Shown: positions 13,961 through 27,790 of the stretch, in pieces
Position numbering within the stretch: position 1 is the stretch's first letter
Layout: every line of letters starts with the position of its first letter
Source of the DNA: Octopus vulgaris
Taxonomy: Eukaryota
Direction: 5' to 3'
DNA: 64,000 bases
NCBI GenBank assembly: GCA_951406725.2
Contig: OX597819.1
Location: forward strand, 26,598,001-26,662,000
The notes under the pieces: model-generated
Databases searched by the model: none
What the model was told of the DNA's origin: nothing
What the model saw: only the letters and a program-made list of their open reading frames with translations
Program-made: the position numbers and the translations under genes

Positions 13961-14333
13961 CAACAGACTTATTTATTCCTTTCGCACGCACAATGTTTGA
14001 AGAGGGTATACGTGAACACATATATAAGGGCTAGAATAGGAGCCCTTACCCAACGTTCCACATATGGGTTAAAACCCAAGACAACAGAATTGTGAAGTGA
14101 ACATTTCAACCGCATTTTAAAACAGTTGTGGTTCATGTATTTGTGTATATATATGTTTAAATGTCCGTGTGTAAAGAAATCGATAAATAGAATATAGATA
14201 GGTGTGAATTGAACTGGTAAAATAATGTTTAGTTTCCACTCACATTACTATTCTTCAGTGATTCATGCACCAATTCTTTCATGCTGTAACAAATATATTT
14301 ATGCGTGAATCATATCTTTCAATCTTCAAGGAG

Positions 14334-14373
<40 letters not shown>

Positions 14374-14770
14374 TGTGTGTCTGTGTGTTTGTGTCTCTGT
14401 GTGTGTGTGTGTGTGTCTGTGTGAATTTGAGGTGGGAGAAACAAGTTGAAATTAAATGTTGGACATTTAATAAGAAAATTAACGCAATTAAATTCATTTC
14501 TCTAATTAACGGTAATTTATATATTTCAGCAAAACTGAAAACAAAATGATAAATGACAAGATTTATACTGAACATATAATCAAGAGATTTCCTTCAAAAT
14601 CATTTAAAATATTGTATAAAATTTATTAAACGGCTTTTAATGGTAGGGCATTTCTTAAAAGGGTGCATAAGCAACTTGCCTTAAAATTTCTTTTTTCTGT
14701 AAATGAAAGTATTTTTACTATCAACAGAATATGCAAGCTTATATTTAAAATACTATAGTTATTATTATTA

Positions 14771-14825
<55 letters not shown>

Positions 14826-15550
14826 GGTTGATTCAAATAATAACAATAGTGTATGTGCAAAGAATATTTTAACATTCTATTTGTACGTTATTCAGTGTTT
14901 AGATTACAATAGTAAATAGGATAACGAATTCAGGATACTGGTCTGAACGTTCACGTTGTGCGGTTTACAGCATTATCTTTTTCTACTCTAACCAACAGCA
15001 CAGACTATTAATCGTTTCCAGATATCGATTAGCTAACCATGTCGTTCTTACTGAGAGTTTCTATTTTTAGACTAAATTGCAACCATATTCAAACGATCAG
15101 CATTGCAATAGCTATTATTAGATACGTAGTTGTGCCTGTATCGTCTGCTAGTTTGAGTAGCAAATAGAAGCTTCAGACGCACAGAACTTTTGGAAATAGG
15201 AAGAAAAATAGCAGAGTGAAGAGTCAACGATTTAGAGTTTCAATACCTTCAAGTTCCATAGTGCCAACACTTTTGCCAATCCTTTCAAGTATTTTTGCAG
15301 TAACGTTGCCTAGGATACAAGCTAGTGGATTTGCAGCATCCTATTCATAGTATTAAGCTTGTTCTCCTTGATGTCCTTATTTTAGTACTTCTCTACTGGT
15401 GTGTTCAAATTAATGTGCTCCTCTAATTGTGCTGCAGAAAACTCCAAATATTATATATTTAGGAAATGAATGCCAAATTACTGATATAGTTTATGCAATG
15501 ATGATAACAGCAACAACAACAACAACAACACCAACAACAACAACAACAAC

Positions 15551-15610
<60 letters not shown>

Positions 15611-16143
15611 CATGCTCTGATGCAGTACCAGGCAGTGGCTCTCGTGACTTCTGATCTTAACTGATTGGAAGTGTTATCATGCACAGTGTTTTGTCTTGGT
15701 ATAAAAGATGGGCTGCAGCAAATATTCTGCTCAATACTACAGATTTGCATGTCAGTTGTTTGGCCTTAACCATTTGAGTATGTCCCTTATAGGCTGACGA
15801 TGTGTGCATCTCTGATCACGAGCAGAATTATTGGGGGAGCATCATAGCCACGTGTTGAGAGGGATTCTTTGGAGTTTGAATAATTCACCTCAGCCTGTTT
15901 CCTTAACCCTCTTTCAGGGACCTTTTGAACGGGATTGTTTACTGGACCAGAAGAAAATTCTAACTTGGCTCCACCTGCAAGGTCATGTGCAGTTTATCAT
16001 GATATGAAATCACCATGTCGCGCACACATGGTTGTGATGCATGTGCCTAGTGTACCCTTATCAGACAGGTTGTCATGATGGGTATACTGGGCTTCATATA
16101 TTTGTACCCTAGTGTCACTTTGATGGTATGCACTGCTCTCTCT
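15611..16143 (+). mobile_element. ~530-bp non-coding interspersed element embedded in (AAT)n
   Basis: Homologous to 55019-55570 (+) and 60064-60591 (-); AAT runs on both sides. Confidence 0.8.
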
Positions 16144-16159
16144 AATAATGATGATGATG

Positions 16160-16220
<61 letters not shown>

Positions 16221-16617
16221 GTAGCATGGATGTGCTATTTCATTACTATGTCGTCAAAATGATATTTGAAATTTAAAAAAATGGTTGTTGTCTATACTCT
16301 TTTACTCTCATTTTAATCACTCGACGGCGGTAATGCTAGGGCATTGACCTCGAACCCTTAAGAGTAAACAAGAGAGACAGAGACAGGCAGAAACAAGGAA
16401 AATGCCCCTTGTATTTGAATACTATGCAAATATTCTTTTAAAATCTTTTCTTTAAATTTCTCGCAAATTTAATTGGTTTCCTTACTTTCAGTTGATATAG
16501 TCTCAATGGCTGAAACCGGTATTGACATGTTCTTTATAAAATTATTTTAGCATTTTCTACCTTGATTCTTTCCATATATATCAACTCATCTGTTCATTTT
16601 CAAGTTTCTACATATAG

Positions 16618-16667
<50 letters not shown>

Positions 16668-17103
16668 TAAAGTTTCATATATATTTCAGCGAAATTTATG
16701 CTGCACCACCAACGTATGGCATATATATACAAATCTGCTATTCTTTCTTACTTCTCAACTCAAACAGAATAAAAGATGTGTGCGCACACATGAACAAAAT
16801 GTGGTAGCCGGAAATTGTACAAAAGCATGTCGCCTCGCTCTCACTCTCTCCCTATGTATAGATATATCTATATATGTGTGTGTATGTGTGTATGCATATA
16901 TATATATTTACGACAAGATTCTGCATAGTTTCCGTCAACAAATTTCATTCACAATGCATTTAGTCAACCTGGAGCTTAATTACGGAAACACCGATGCTCA
17001 AGTGACTACGTTGCTTAACCGAAGACGAGGACATGTGACTGAACCAAGCCATATCCCATTATATATTATTACATGATATTATGTAATATTATTAGTATTC
17101 TGC

Positions 17104-17170
<67 letters not shown>

Positions 17171-17242
17171 GTATATATACTGAACGCACATATGTATTTG
17201 AAACGCTAGGGCTGTGGATTTTGTCTAGGAAAAATTTTCATA

Positions 17243-17417
17243 GGCGCAGGAGTGGCTGTGTGGTAAGTAGCTTGCTAACCAACGATATGGTTCCGGGTTC
17301 AGTCCCACTGCGTGGAATCTTGGGCAAGTGTCCTCTGCTATGGCCACGGGACGACCAATGCCTTGTGAGTGGATCTGGTAGACGGAAACTGAAAGAAGCC
17401 TGTCGTATATATGTATG

Positions 17418-17485
<68 letters not shown>

Positions 17486-17693
17486 AGTGTCTGTGTTTGT
17501 CCCCCTAGTATTGCTTGACAACCGATGCTGGTGTGTTTACGTCCCCGTCGCTTAGCGGTTCGGCAAAAGAGACCGATAGAATAAGTACTGGGCTTACAAA
17601 GAATAAGTTCCGGGGTCGATTTGCTCGACTAAAGGCGGTGCTCCAGCATGGCCGCAGTCAAATGAGTGAAACAAGTAAAAGAGTAAAAGAGTA
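17243..17693 (+). mobile_element. tRNA-derived SINE with internal (TA)n(TG)n (family C)
   Basis: Pol III-type head (tggctgtgtggt...gggttcagtccc), ttgggcaagtgtc core, internal microsatellite, (gtaaaaga)n tail; multiple copies in the window. Confidence 0.9.
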
Positions 17694-20682
17694 TAGATTT
17701 ATTTTGTACGAAAATACTATATATCTAAGAACTAAGGGATGCGAACTTGTTCCACCAGTGAGAGTGTTATGTATTTCCTATATGAATGTTCCAGCTTCTC
17801 AAAACTCGATGGATTCTGAAACAAAATTGAATCCGCTAGTAGGTGGTAATAATTTTCACAAATCTTATATTCGTATGTTAACCAATGCTGAAGGTGTTTG
17901 CATGGTTCACATTATGTTAAATAATTGGTGCAATTTACACCATTGGTTGTTCAAATGTTATGAAATGAAATTAAACCTTAATCTTCATTGGTAATGTATC
18001 GTAAAAGAAGCATTCATGGTGACTAGAACGTACAATTACACATTCTTCCGACGTCACAATCAAACTCAAACTTTATTTTCTGTACAGCAGGAAGCAACCT
18101 GATGATACAGAAATAATTTTAGGAACGAATCATACTCACACAGATGTTAAAAAAATATATAACCAATATGTGCCTCGGATAATGTATTTCTTGTACAATT
18201 GATGCTGGAGTGAAATAAGTCTTTTGGTCATTTTTTAATCAGACGGCTATTGGGATATCTTTCAAGAATGGCAAAAGAAAACTCACGAACAAAACGGGAG
18301 GAAGTCTAATCGCTAAGGATTTATTTTTCTGCTGTAGTGTAATAGCTAACTTTGAAAACGTATTCATTCTTCATATATTTGCACACGTGATAAGGTTTGG
18401 GAAATTGCAGAACCCAACATTGATATGTAGAATATCTTAGTCAGGTGTGAGCAGTAAGGACTATTCATGTGTTCCCAATTTCAATGATCTGGAAATTTAA
18501 AAAAAAACGATTTCTCTGCGTTTCTTCACTATGACATAGTTTTTCTCCTCACTTGCTTGGGAGGCTTCTTGACGAATGAATTGGAAAATCCTTTTGTGTT
18601 TTCGTAGTCTTCAATGTAAAGGTCAATAAAGTGCGTAGTTTTAATAATTTCCAAAAGCTCATTCTAACTGATAGAATGTGGAAGATCTGCCGTTATGATA
18701 CAAATATGGTATCACGATAGCAGTCTAGCAGGAGTGAATCTTCTTTAATAACAACCCCAGTCTCGGTCATTCTATGGTATACATTTGACACGTAACAGGT
18801 TCTAATATTTTGCATTTAGGAATGAAACCCATGTCGATCAAATTTGCGAGAAAATCCCTGATTATAAAGATATGTGTGTGAAGGTATGTTTGCCTCGATA
18901 GGGGATGTAAATGAAAGCAATGAAAACACCTAAGGGACTCAAATGGAGGATAGATGACTATATATTATATATCATTTCGTTTAGTAGTAAAGTATTGTCG
19001 TAATTTTGAGGCACATTTCAATTTTAATCTCCTGAGGTTACAGAAGCACTGATTGCATTTCGTAAATACATATGAGTATGTGCTCAGAGTTTTCTGGTCA
19101 TTTCTAATGTAGTAAACTTTCTCAAATTACATCGTATGAAATATGAAACACAGTTTGAGGACCCCATTCTGTCTATTACATTTCCAAATGAACGTGTTAT
19201 TATAGATGGAGAAATGATACTGAAAGCAGCTAAGAACATACCTTGTTGCAAATTAACTGCAAGTTGAATATTCAGAAAAATCTAAACCCCATTTTGTTAC
19301 TGTTTATCATCTTGGTACGTCAACTCAGCAACTGACAATGTTGTACCAACTGATTTTAATCAATTTAGAAGAGAAGATACATTTCATGGGCTCGAGTTCA
19401 AATTAAAACCATGAAGAAATAATGAAGTCTTTGTTATGAGTGCCTCACTGCAATAAAACAACGCAGTGGTAGGAGACATTGAAGACATTTGATTTTGAAT
19501 GCAGAAGTAACTGCAAGGGAGAAAAGACTCAAATAGAATAGCTGAGAAATAATTTCACATTTATACCCAATGGTTGCTTTTGTGTTCCAAGGGAAGACTT
19601 TTCTATTTAGTTGGTTATAGTAGGTTATCATTAAAGGGAAACAATGAAAATGAAATTGTGTTATAGGGATAGCTATCAAATTTAGCAGTATTTCCGACTG
19701 GTTATAACGAAATTTTTTTTTATAATTTTTCGCTGAACCCATCTCCATTAAGTGTTGGAGATAATACTACTAGTGAATGAGTATACGACCATCATATAAG
19801 AAGGTGATTGTAATAATATTTAACATCATCAGAATAAACTCTATATAGACTTTACTGATCAACTGTTTGTAATATTTTATTGCATATAAAGATATAAACT
19901 TATATATTTATAGTACTCAATCGTTGAATGTCAGCCTTTATTACAAACTTTCTGATGGATCCTGTCATAAATATGGCTTCAATTTGTTATCTTTGTTGGA
20001 AATGCGTATAAAATGTGCTTAGAGGAAATAAATAATAAATTGAAAATTAAAATATATTGTGGGTACCAATATTAAACTGCTTGGAGCAGACATAATAGTT
20101 TGTATGTAAGAAACAATTTCCAGAGAACTTATGAGCGCGTTTTGATATATCTTCGTAAACGAGGAAAATCAAAATCTATTAACTTGTGTGTGTTGACGAG
20201 ACCTCGAGCAATATATTTCGTTTCTAAAAGATTCTTTTGCAATTGAGTAAAGTATCATTAATTTACAGTAGTGCAATATAGGAGATGATATTACATATAA
20301 AAGACAGATAGAAACGGATTCACTGAGAATTGTATGCGGCATATGTATATATAATATAATTCAGACATTTCACATCATACAAAGAAAATACTGAAATATT
20401 TTTGTATTCATTTTTTAGTTATTTGTATTCCACGTTTTGTAAAATATATTTCAATTAACGAAGTAATTCAAAGATATTTACCAAACTTATACATGTGTGT
20501 GTGTGTGTGCACACACACACACACACATACATATATATATATGTATATATATGTATATATATATATATGCATTGATATTGAAATGCAGGTATATATTTAA
20601 ATTATGTTCGTCCGTGCATATAGATAATTACTAACTTATGTTCTCATGGATATTTTCCCTGAGCAGATACCTACATACATAC

Positions 20683-20751
<69 letters not shown>

Positions 20752-21623
20752 AGTGTGTGTGTGTGTGTTTGAGTGTATGTGTGTATATATGTATGTATAC
20801 ATATGTATGCATTTACATATATATATATACACCACACACACATATATATGATGACTTCATAACTGCGTATGCCCTAAGCATTATATACACGGTCTTCCTG
20901 TGTAAACCTTTCCAGATATTTGCTCTCATTTCTTCTCCACATTTTTTTCAGTTCAATTGGTGTCCTTTTTTTAACTGTTGTCATTCTATATTAACGCTTG
21001 TCAACTTTCTTATCTTTTTCTCTCTCTCTCTCTCTTCTATCCTTATTTCTTCCCTTTGTCTAACACTAGCGCCAATTTAGTCATTCAGTCTTCCGTGAAT
21101 ATCAGTTGAGACACTTCACTGACGAAGAATTCTACACGATATGTCAGACTCCTCTTTTCCTGCAATATAGCAAAATACATTTTTGTTCCAAAGTCTAACC
21201 AGGAAAGCACAATTAGCTTGTCTTATAGAGTACACATTTGTAGCTAGATTTCTCCAATCCGATACATTATACGCTTATATACATGTATTTACAATTTAAC
21301 ACGTATAATTTCAAATAATTCAGTGCAGTGATGTCAGTACATACTTCTTTATGATATTTTGATCTCCTGAAACATGAATCGAATCAGATATGAAGATAAA
21401 TCCATTTAGTTTTTTGTCACTAAGTAGATTGAACCCATATTCCCATTCTGTTGATCTGAATTATATTTATGAATCATTTTAATTAAACGAAAGTGATATT
21501 GTAAATCCAATATATGTAAATCAATGTGACTATCGAAAATGGACGTAAGTTAAAAATATTATAGGATATCAATGCGCTGGTTACGTAGATAAGACAGTTA
21601 ACATTGAGTCGGTATCTTGTATC

Positions 21624-21859
21624 TTGAAGGCGGCGAGCTGGGAGGATCGTTAGCACGCCGGGCGAAATACTTAGCCGTATTTCGTCTGTCGCTACGTTGT
21701 GAGTTCAAATTCCGCCGAGGTCGACTTTGCCTTTCATCCTTTCGGGGTCGATAAATTAAGTACCAGTTACGAACTGGGGTCGATGTAATCGACTTAATAC
21801 CTATGTCTGTCCTTGTTTGTTCCCTCTGTGTTTAGCCCCTTGTGGGTAATAAAGAAATA
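21624..21859 (+). mobile_element. Family B (Nin/Deu-like) SINE, full length
   Basis: 13-bp TSD ggtatcttgtatc at 21611-21623 and 21860-21872. Confidence 0.9.
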
Positions 21860-21943
21860 GGTATCTTGTATCGTTTCACCATAGCAGAAACTATTGCTTA
21901 AGAGAAAATATCATAGTATACCTGAAATTTATTTCTTTTTCAG

Positions 21944-22010
21944 CCCCCAATATTGATGTTGAATGTTACGGTAGTTCAAGCCCGTGATTTAGAGGCAAAA
22001 GATGCTGATG
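21944..22010 (+). CDS. BAIAP3: Internal exon of a BAIAP3/Munc13-4-like gene: start of C2A domain (PPILMLNVTVVQARDLEAKDADG)
   Basis: Acceptor atttctttttcag, donor G|gtaagt; 67 nt, ends in phase 1; typical C2 strand 1 and AxxLxAKDxxG loop; joins in frame to 44980. Confidence 0.85.
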
Positions 22011-24841
22011 GTAAGTACCTAAAAGACGTTTTTTGACTAATGCTTCGTATGAAATAACTAACTATCGGGTTCATATGAAATTTGATGTCTTAATATTTGT
22101 GGCGCATTGTTTGAATGAACCTTCGTTTTATTTAAGAAATGATGTACCGTTACAAGTTTTACCCCCTTCATTTCAGCAAATTCATATAAAGCATATATGC
22201 GAAAATTATTTAAGTGATATCGTATTTAATGTAGTGTAGACAAGAATTCAACCCACATATACAGTAATAATTAGAAATGCATATTCATTCGCTATCATAG
22301 TAGAATGAAAGTCAGAAATGGGACGCTCTTAAATGACAAAAACGTGAATAGGTGAGAGTACATAAAAAGTAAAATAAAATTAACTACAAAGTTCTAGGTA
22401 GATGTTACGTGTACATCACGTTTATTATTCACCGAAGCGATAAAAATATATGAAGAAAAAGTTTGATCTTTCTCACCCCTGAGTCAACACTCTATCTAGC
22501 ATGTAACTGACTGTTATATGGTAAATTCTTCCAGCGCAAAGCCTACAGTCTTTATATTTTTCTCAACATGTTAAATCGCCACCAAATTAAACTTGGCTGT
22601 TTATAACACTGTTGTTGCAACTTTATGACAAACTAAGTGCAAATATGTTACTCAGCGTCGAAAATATTCATTTTAATTGTAAATACTTGTATATCCAACA
22701 CTAAAAATTAATCCTATTAATAAATTGATGTAGTGTGAAGCTTAACAGGTAATATTTCTAAATCGCTTCTTTTATTTTCAATTTTTAATTCATTTTCTTA
22801 ACAAAACTCTCTCACCGTGTAAAGTAACTATAAGAGTGTACATCATTTCTATGAAAATTGACATGGAATTCCCGTAGTTGCATATTCCAAAAATTGAAAC
22901 AAACCATGATGACATTGAAAAACCTTGACAAGTTTTCGAATTTAATTAAATATTCTGCTACTATCAGGAAACTTCGGTTATTTCAATTAATTTTACTGCT
23001 ACTTGTAAAACACACAGAATTAAGTAGCAGGAAAAAATAGAAAATTGTCTGATTTAATCAAATGTTTAGCAATGTTTCGTTGGATTCAGGAAAATCATAG
23101 CGCGAGAACAGGTAAGATAAAAATTAATTTCGCAAATAAAAATATCTGATAAATGTCTTCACGTAATCAGAAGAAAATTATATAAAAAAATTCATTTCAT
23201 TTCTTTTATGTCATATCTGTGTTATGTTATATCTTTAAAGAATACCCAAATGATGCATGCATAAATTTTTAGAAGTGTGCCAGATATTATAAATTGTTCG
23301 AGCACACTCACACACAAACATACATATTAAACACACTTACAGGCGTACGTAAGTGAAACGAAAATGAGGTAAGAGAAATAATTCGTGGAGGCCTGTGACA
23401 TATATGTGAACAACAAAACAAATAAGGATATATTAAATAGAAATACAAAATAATTTCTTGCTCTATTAAAACTATTTGCGCTTCCGCAGTCAGTAGCTAA
23501 TAACTTGATGCAATTGGTATAAACTACAAATGTGAATGGTAGACAATCTCAGGAGTAAAGTATTCTCCAAAATTGACATGTCATGAAAAACAGGCATCTT
23601 TTTTTCTGAAAGCTAGAGGCCATTTGTGGACAGAGTTTTCTGCCTAAATAGGCATTATCAGAACAGCACAAGTAACACTTATACAAAACAAAGGGTAGAA
23701 CAAATATTTCCAAAACACATTTACCAAAGAAGATGGTATATATGTGTGTTCATCTAACCAAACCACACATATTAAGCGTTGTTATGAGTATAATATATTT
23801 ACCTGATAGGTAATAAGAAAATTAAATATCGACAGATAAGAATTATTGGTAGATGTTACTAATAATCTTATAAAAAGAATGATTAGGTAAGGTTATAAGG
23901 TGAAATATTTAATTAAACAATTCAATTGTAGTTTAGATTCACATATTATATTAAGTTTGGTATTATTTCAAACTTGCAATAAATTTATAAATTAAACGTT
24001 TGACATGAATACGAAATATTGCTAGCATTACAAGCACCTTTGGTTAACGGAGATTGGCAAAAGGTTAGGTATGTGTTCTATAGATTATTCTATGTTTTAT
24101 TCTTTCTATCTTTTTCCCTTTTACCTTCCTTCTCTTAGTCTGATGATGACAAATTCCGCTTTGGAATCTTTTATTCTACAGTTAGTTCTGGCTCGACCAA
24201 AATTCAGTAGGTTTTCACGGAACGAAATAACACTCATTACACGATCGACGACTAAATATTTGCCTTTAGCCTTTTTATCATTTTATTACATTACTGTCTC
24301 TGCTTTTGTAATCAAAGCGTTTTATGTTTCTCTTTTAATATTCAGCTATAAGTATTTCATCATACATTTATATATGCATTATAATTTTCGTCTTATATGG
24401 TGGGCAATATTTATAGGCTTGAAATTTGTATTTCGTCAAAAATGTTGATGCTACTACATTCTCATATATTGTTACACAGTATTTTCGGGTTGCCTTTTCA
24501 CCATTGGTTTAAATTGTCGAAACGGCGATGATATCCATTTGAGGACTAATGACTAAGTATCCCCATCTACGTCAAATATGTACTTTGCTTATCCTTTAAT
24601 GCATCTGCTCATCGTCACTGCCCTGTCTGATTTGTTTAATAAGACTGTATTATCCTAGGTAAATCAAGCAAAACAAATTAGGTTTAGGAGAAAACGTTAA
24701 TACTAAAGTGAAACTGTTTGTTTTTGTGAAGGATTGAAGGCTATTGAGTTTGAATTATTTTTAAAATATCATATATAAACATCGTGTATACTTTTTTCAT
24801 ATCAGTCCAAGCTTGATAACTTTCAATCATTTAAATATATG

Positions 24842-24969
<128 letters not shown>

Positions 24970-26713
24970 TGTGTGTGTACACATAAATGTATTCAAATCA
25001 GAGTGATATGTATGTATAAGATGAATAGATAGTCGTTTGTTCAATTCATACTACATATGTTTTATATGTTTCAATGAGGTTGTAATTTATTTGTCATAAT
25101 ATGATTTGATATAACACAATTCACATTATTTAATATCATTAGCCTTAATTACCTACCCTCACAATGTACATCTTGAACCATAGAGGGCTAGGTAGATCTA
25201 TCAGTCCTTGGCTTACAACGCCTAATGAGATATCAGGTTATAAAGCGTAGTAAGTAATGAACATTATGTAATAAATCGTGGGCAAATAAAATATAATAAT
25301 ATTGAAACACGTGTAGCATGAATTTGACTAATGACTATCAATTCACCTTCATGCATTCTCTGTTTAATTGCATGATACTCACAAGTGATTTTGCAAAAAC
25401 TACGGTTGCAAAATAGATAATATAAGTTAACAAGGGAAGACTGCGCTCGGCGTAAAATACTGTACTCTTCCTTTGTTTTGTGTACACACAAATATGACTG
25501 CTGACGTGTTTCTTTTATTATAACCACACATATTGAGTATATTACAAATTAACTACACACTAACAGCTAAATAGTTGAATAAATCATATGATAAAGGAAA
25601 ACAAAATATCAATTATGCTAAACAGCGAACTTGTAAATTGATTCTGAATATATACTACATCTATGTTATTTAATGAAATTTTCGTACCAGCAGCAAGTTG
25701 CAAGCATATGAAGCCATGAGCACAAGCTTCGAACAGTGTATAGACTCAAATGAAATTGTGAAAGGTGTAAATTTCAGGACTAGTTATGATAATGTCAGCT
25801 GATTTTACACTCGCATTTAATGGTAATTGCAAAGTTTTCCATACAAACTAGGAATGCATTACTGGGCAACAGTTCCATAGAAAATGGAGGATAAAGGATA
25901 GAAGAAGTTTACAAATGACTCGGTACGTGGCTGAAGTAAACGCAGGACGAACATGCACATGTCAGAAGCAAAAATGACTGATGAAGATCAAATCTAGTAA
26001 TTCAGACATGCTGACCATTTATGAGTCAGCAACAAACGCCAATATTCCTTCATTTTGAAGATGAGTTTAAGACTGTCTTGAAAATTTGATAGTGAATTTA
26101 AGAAATTTACTCTTATATAAATTTCAATGAACTAATACGAAAATATGAATAAAGTATTATAAAATACACAAGTCTAGAATAAACTAGCGTTTTTCATATA
26201 TAAACTAGCCTTTTCAATATACACAAATATACATGTATATTATATAACAGCACTATAGGATAAACCAAGAAACATATGCAACAAAATACTTGAAGAAATA
26301 CGTCAAACGACAAAGACACAAACGTCTGAGAATAAAGAAAAGTGTGCCAGATTAAATTCTACAAAAACGTCAATAAATCAGTGAAAGAGTAAGAAAAACG
26401 TATTACCCAACATGTACTCAAATCTTAATAGTATACAGCCATCACTCACAGGATTAACTAAGCACATTAGTTTAAATAAACTAAGCAATCTCAGCAAAGA
26501 AAAAATCGTTCTACACAGGAAGATAAATTCTTCAAACTTGTACAAAATATATTCACTATAGATCAACTTATCTTTCTCATTTCCAGTACCATCTTCCATC
26601 TCCGACTGAAATATGACTTAAACAAACGAATAATTTTGGAAACACTCTATCAAACTCTAGAAAATTATTTATATACACACACAGACATATATATATATAT
26701 ATATATATATGTT

Positions 26714-26782
<69 letters not shown>

Positions 26783-27515
26783 CTGAGCCGAATGTTATAA
26801 AACCAGTAACATACAATCGGCAAAGTTGTTCGCGTGTCAGGTAAAATGTCTTTATTTCATATCCTACGCTCTGGGTTCAAATTACATCGTGGTCAAAGTT
26901 GCCTTTCATCCTTTAGAGTTCAATGAAAAAAATATCAATCTAGAATGGTGAAAGTTTGGAACTATATGAACGTGGATCGTATACCTAGCGGAATTTGTTT
27001 CGGCTATTTGAGGTCCGCAATGAAATACCACCACGGCCTATTTGTGTGATAGATATAACGTAGCCAATTTTAACACCGCTATTTGGCTTTTTGTATGGGT
27101 TTAGCAATTTCCATTCTGTTGCAAGAATGCTGGCCAGATTTTCTGTTTGAAGATACATTCCTTACACCTTCCTATCAATCTCAAAGACTATTTAAAATAT
27201 CATTGGCAATGGCTTTCCTCCTCTTGACTACTATATAAAAAATGCACAAGAAGGAAGGTAAGCAATACCTGCATAATTCAGGAAACGATACTTAAATATG
27301 CATGATTCACAAAAGCAACATATTTATAATCACGGAGGAAGAGGAATATATCGTGAAAATTAAGAATTTACTCAACAGGAACAACAAATATATAAGGATT
27401 CGTAAAGGCTATACCACGCAATGAAGAGTTAAATTGAAATAAACTGATTACAGGTATAAACACATGTAGGAGCCCGTACTGATTGAAGCTTCTCTCTAGC
27501 ATAAATATATATATA

Positions 27516-27673
27516 CTTTATTTAAAGCAGCAGAAAATTCAACAAAACCTGTTACTCTGAGTTTCCCGTTGCCGTTCATCGGACAGTTATTGCTAGCAAA
27601 AACTGTCCGATGAACGGCAACGGGAAACTCAAAGTAACAGGTTTTGTTGAATTTTCTGCTGCTTTAAATAAAG
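27516..27673. repeat. Near-perfect 158-bp palindrome with a hammerhead-like motif in each arm
   Basis: 79-bp arms centred on gctagc (27592-27597), 2 mismatches, no spacer. Confidence 0.95.
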
Positions 27674-27741
27674 CATATTACTCTACCACTGGTATTTGAG
27701 TACTCTTTTTCCACCTTGTTTTACATTTATGTGTTTACTTC

Positions 27742-27790
<49 letters not shown>

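Noticed and set aside
18300-19800. Microsatellite-free island that might be a decayed transposase or hidden exons
   Set aside because: No recognisable protein motif or paired splice sites by eye; needs BLASTx
27200-27263. Strong donor-like AAG|gtaagc inside the large intron
   Set aside because: No convincing acceptor or conserved peptide; the flanking exons already join without a gap
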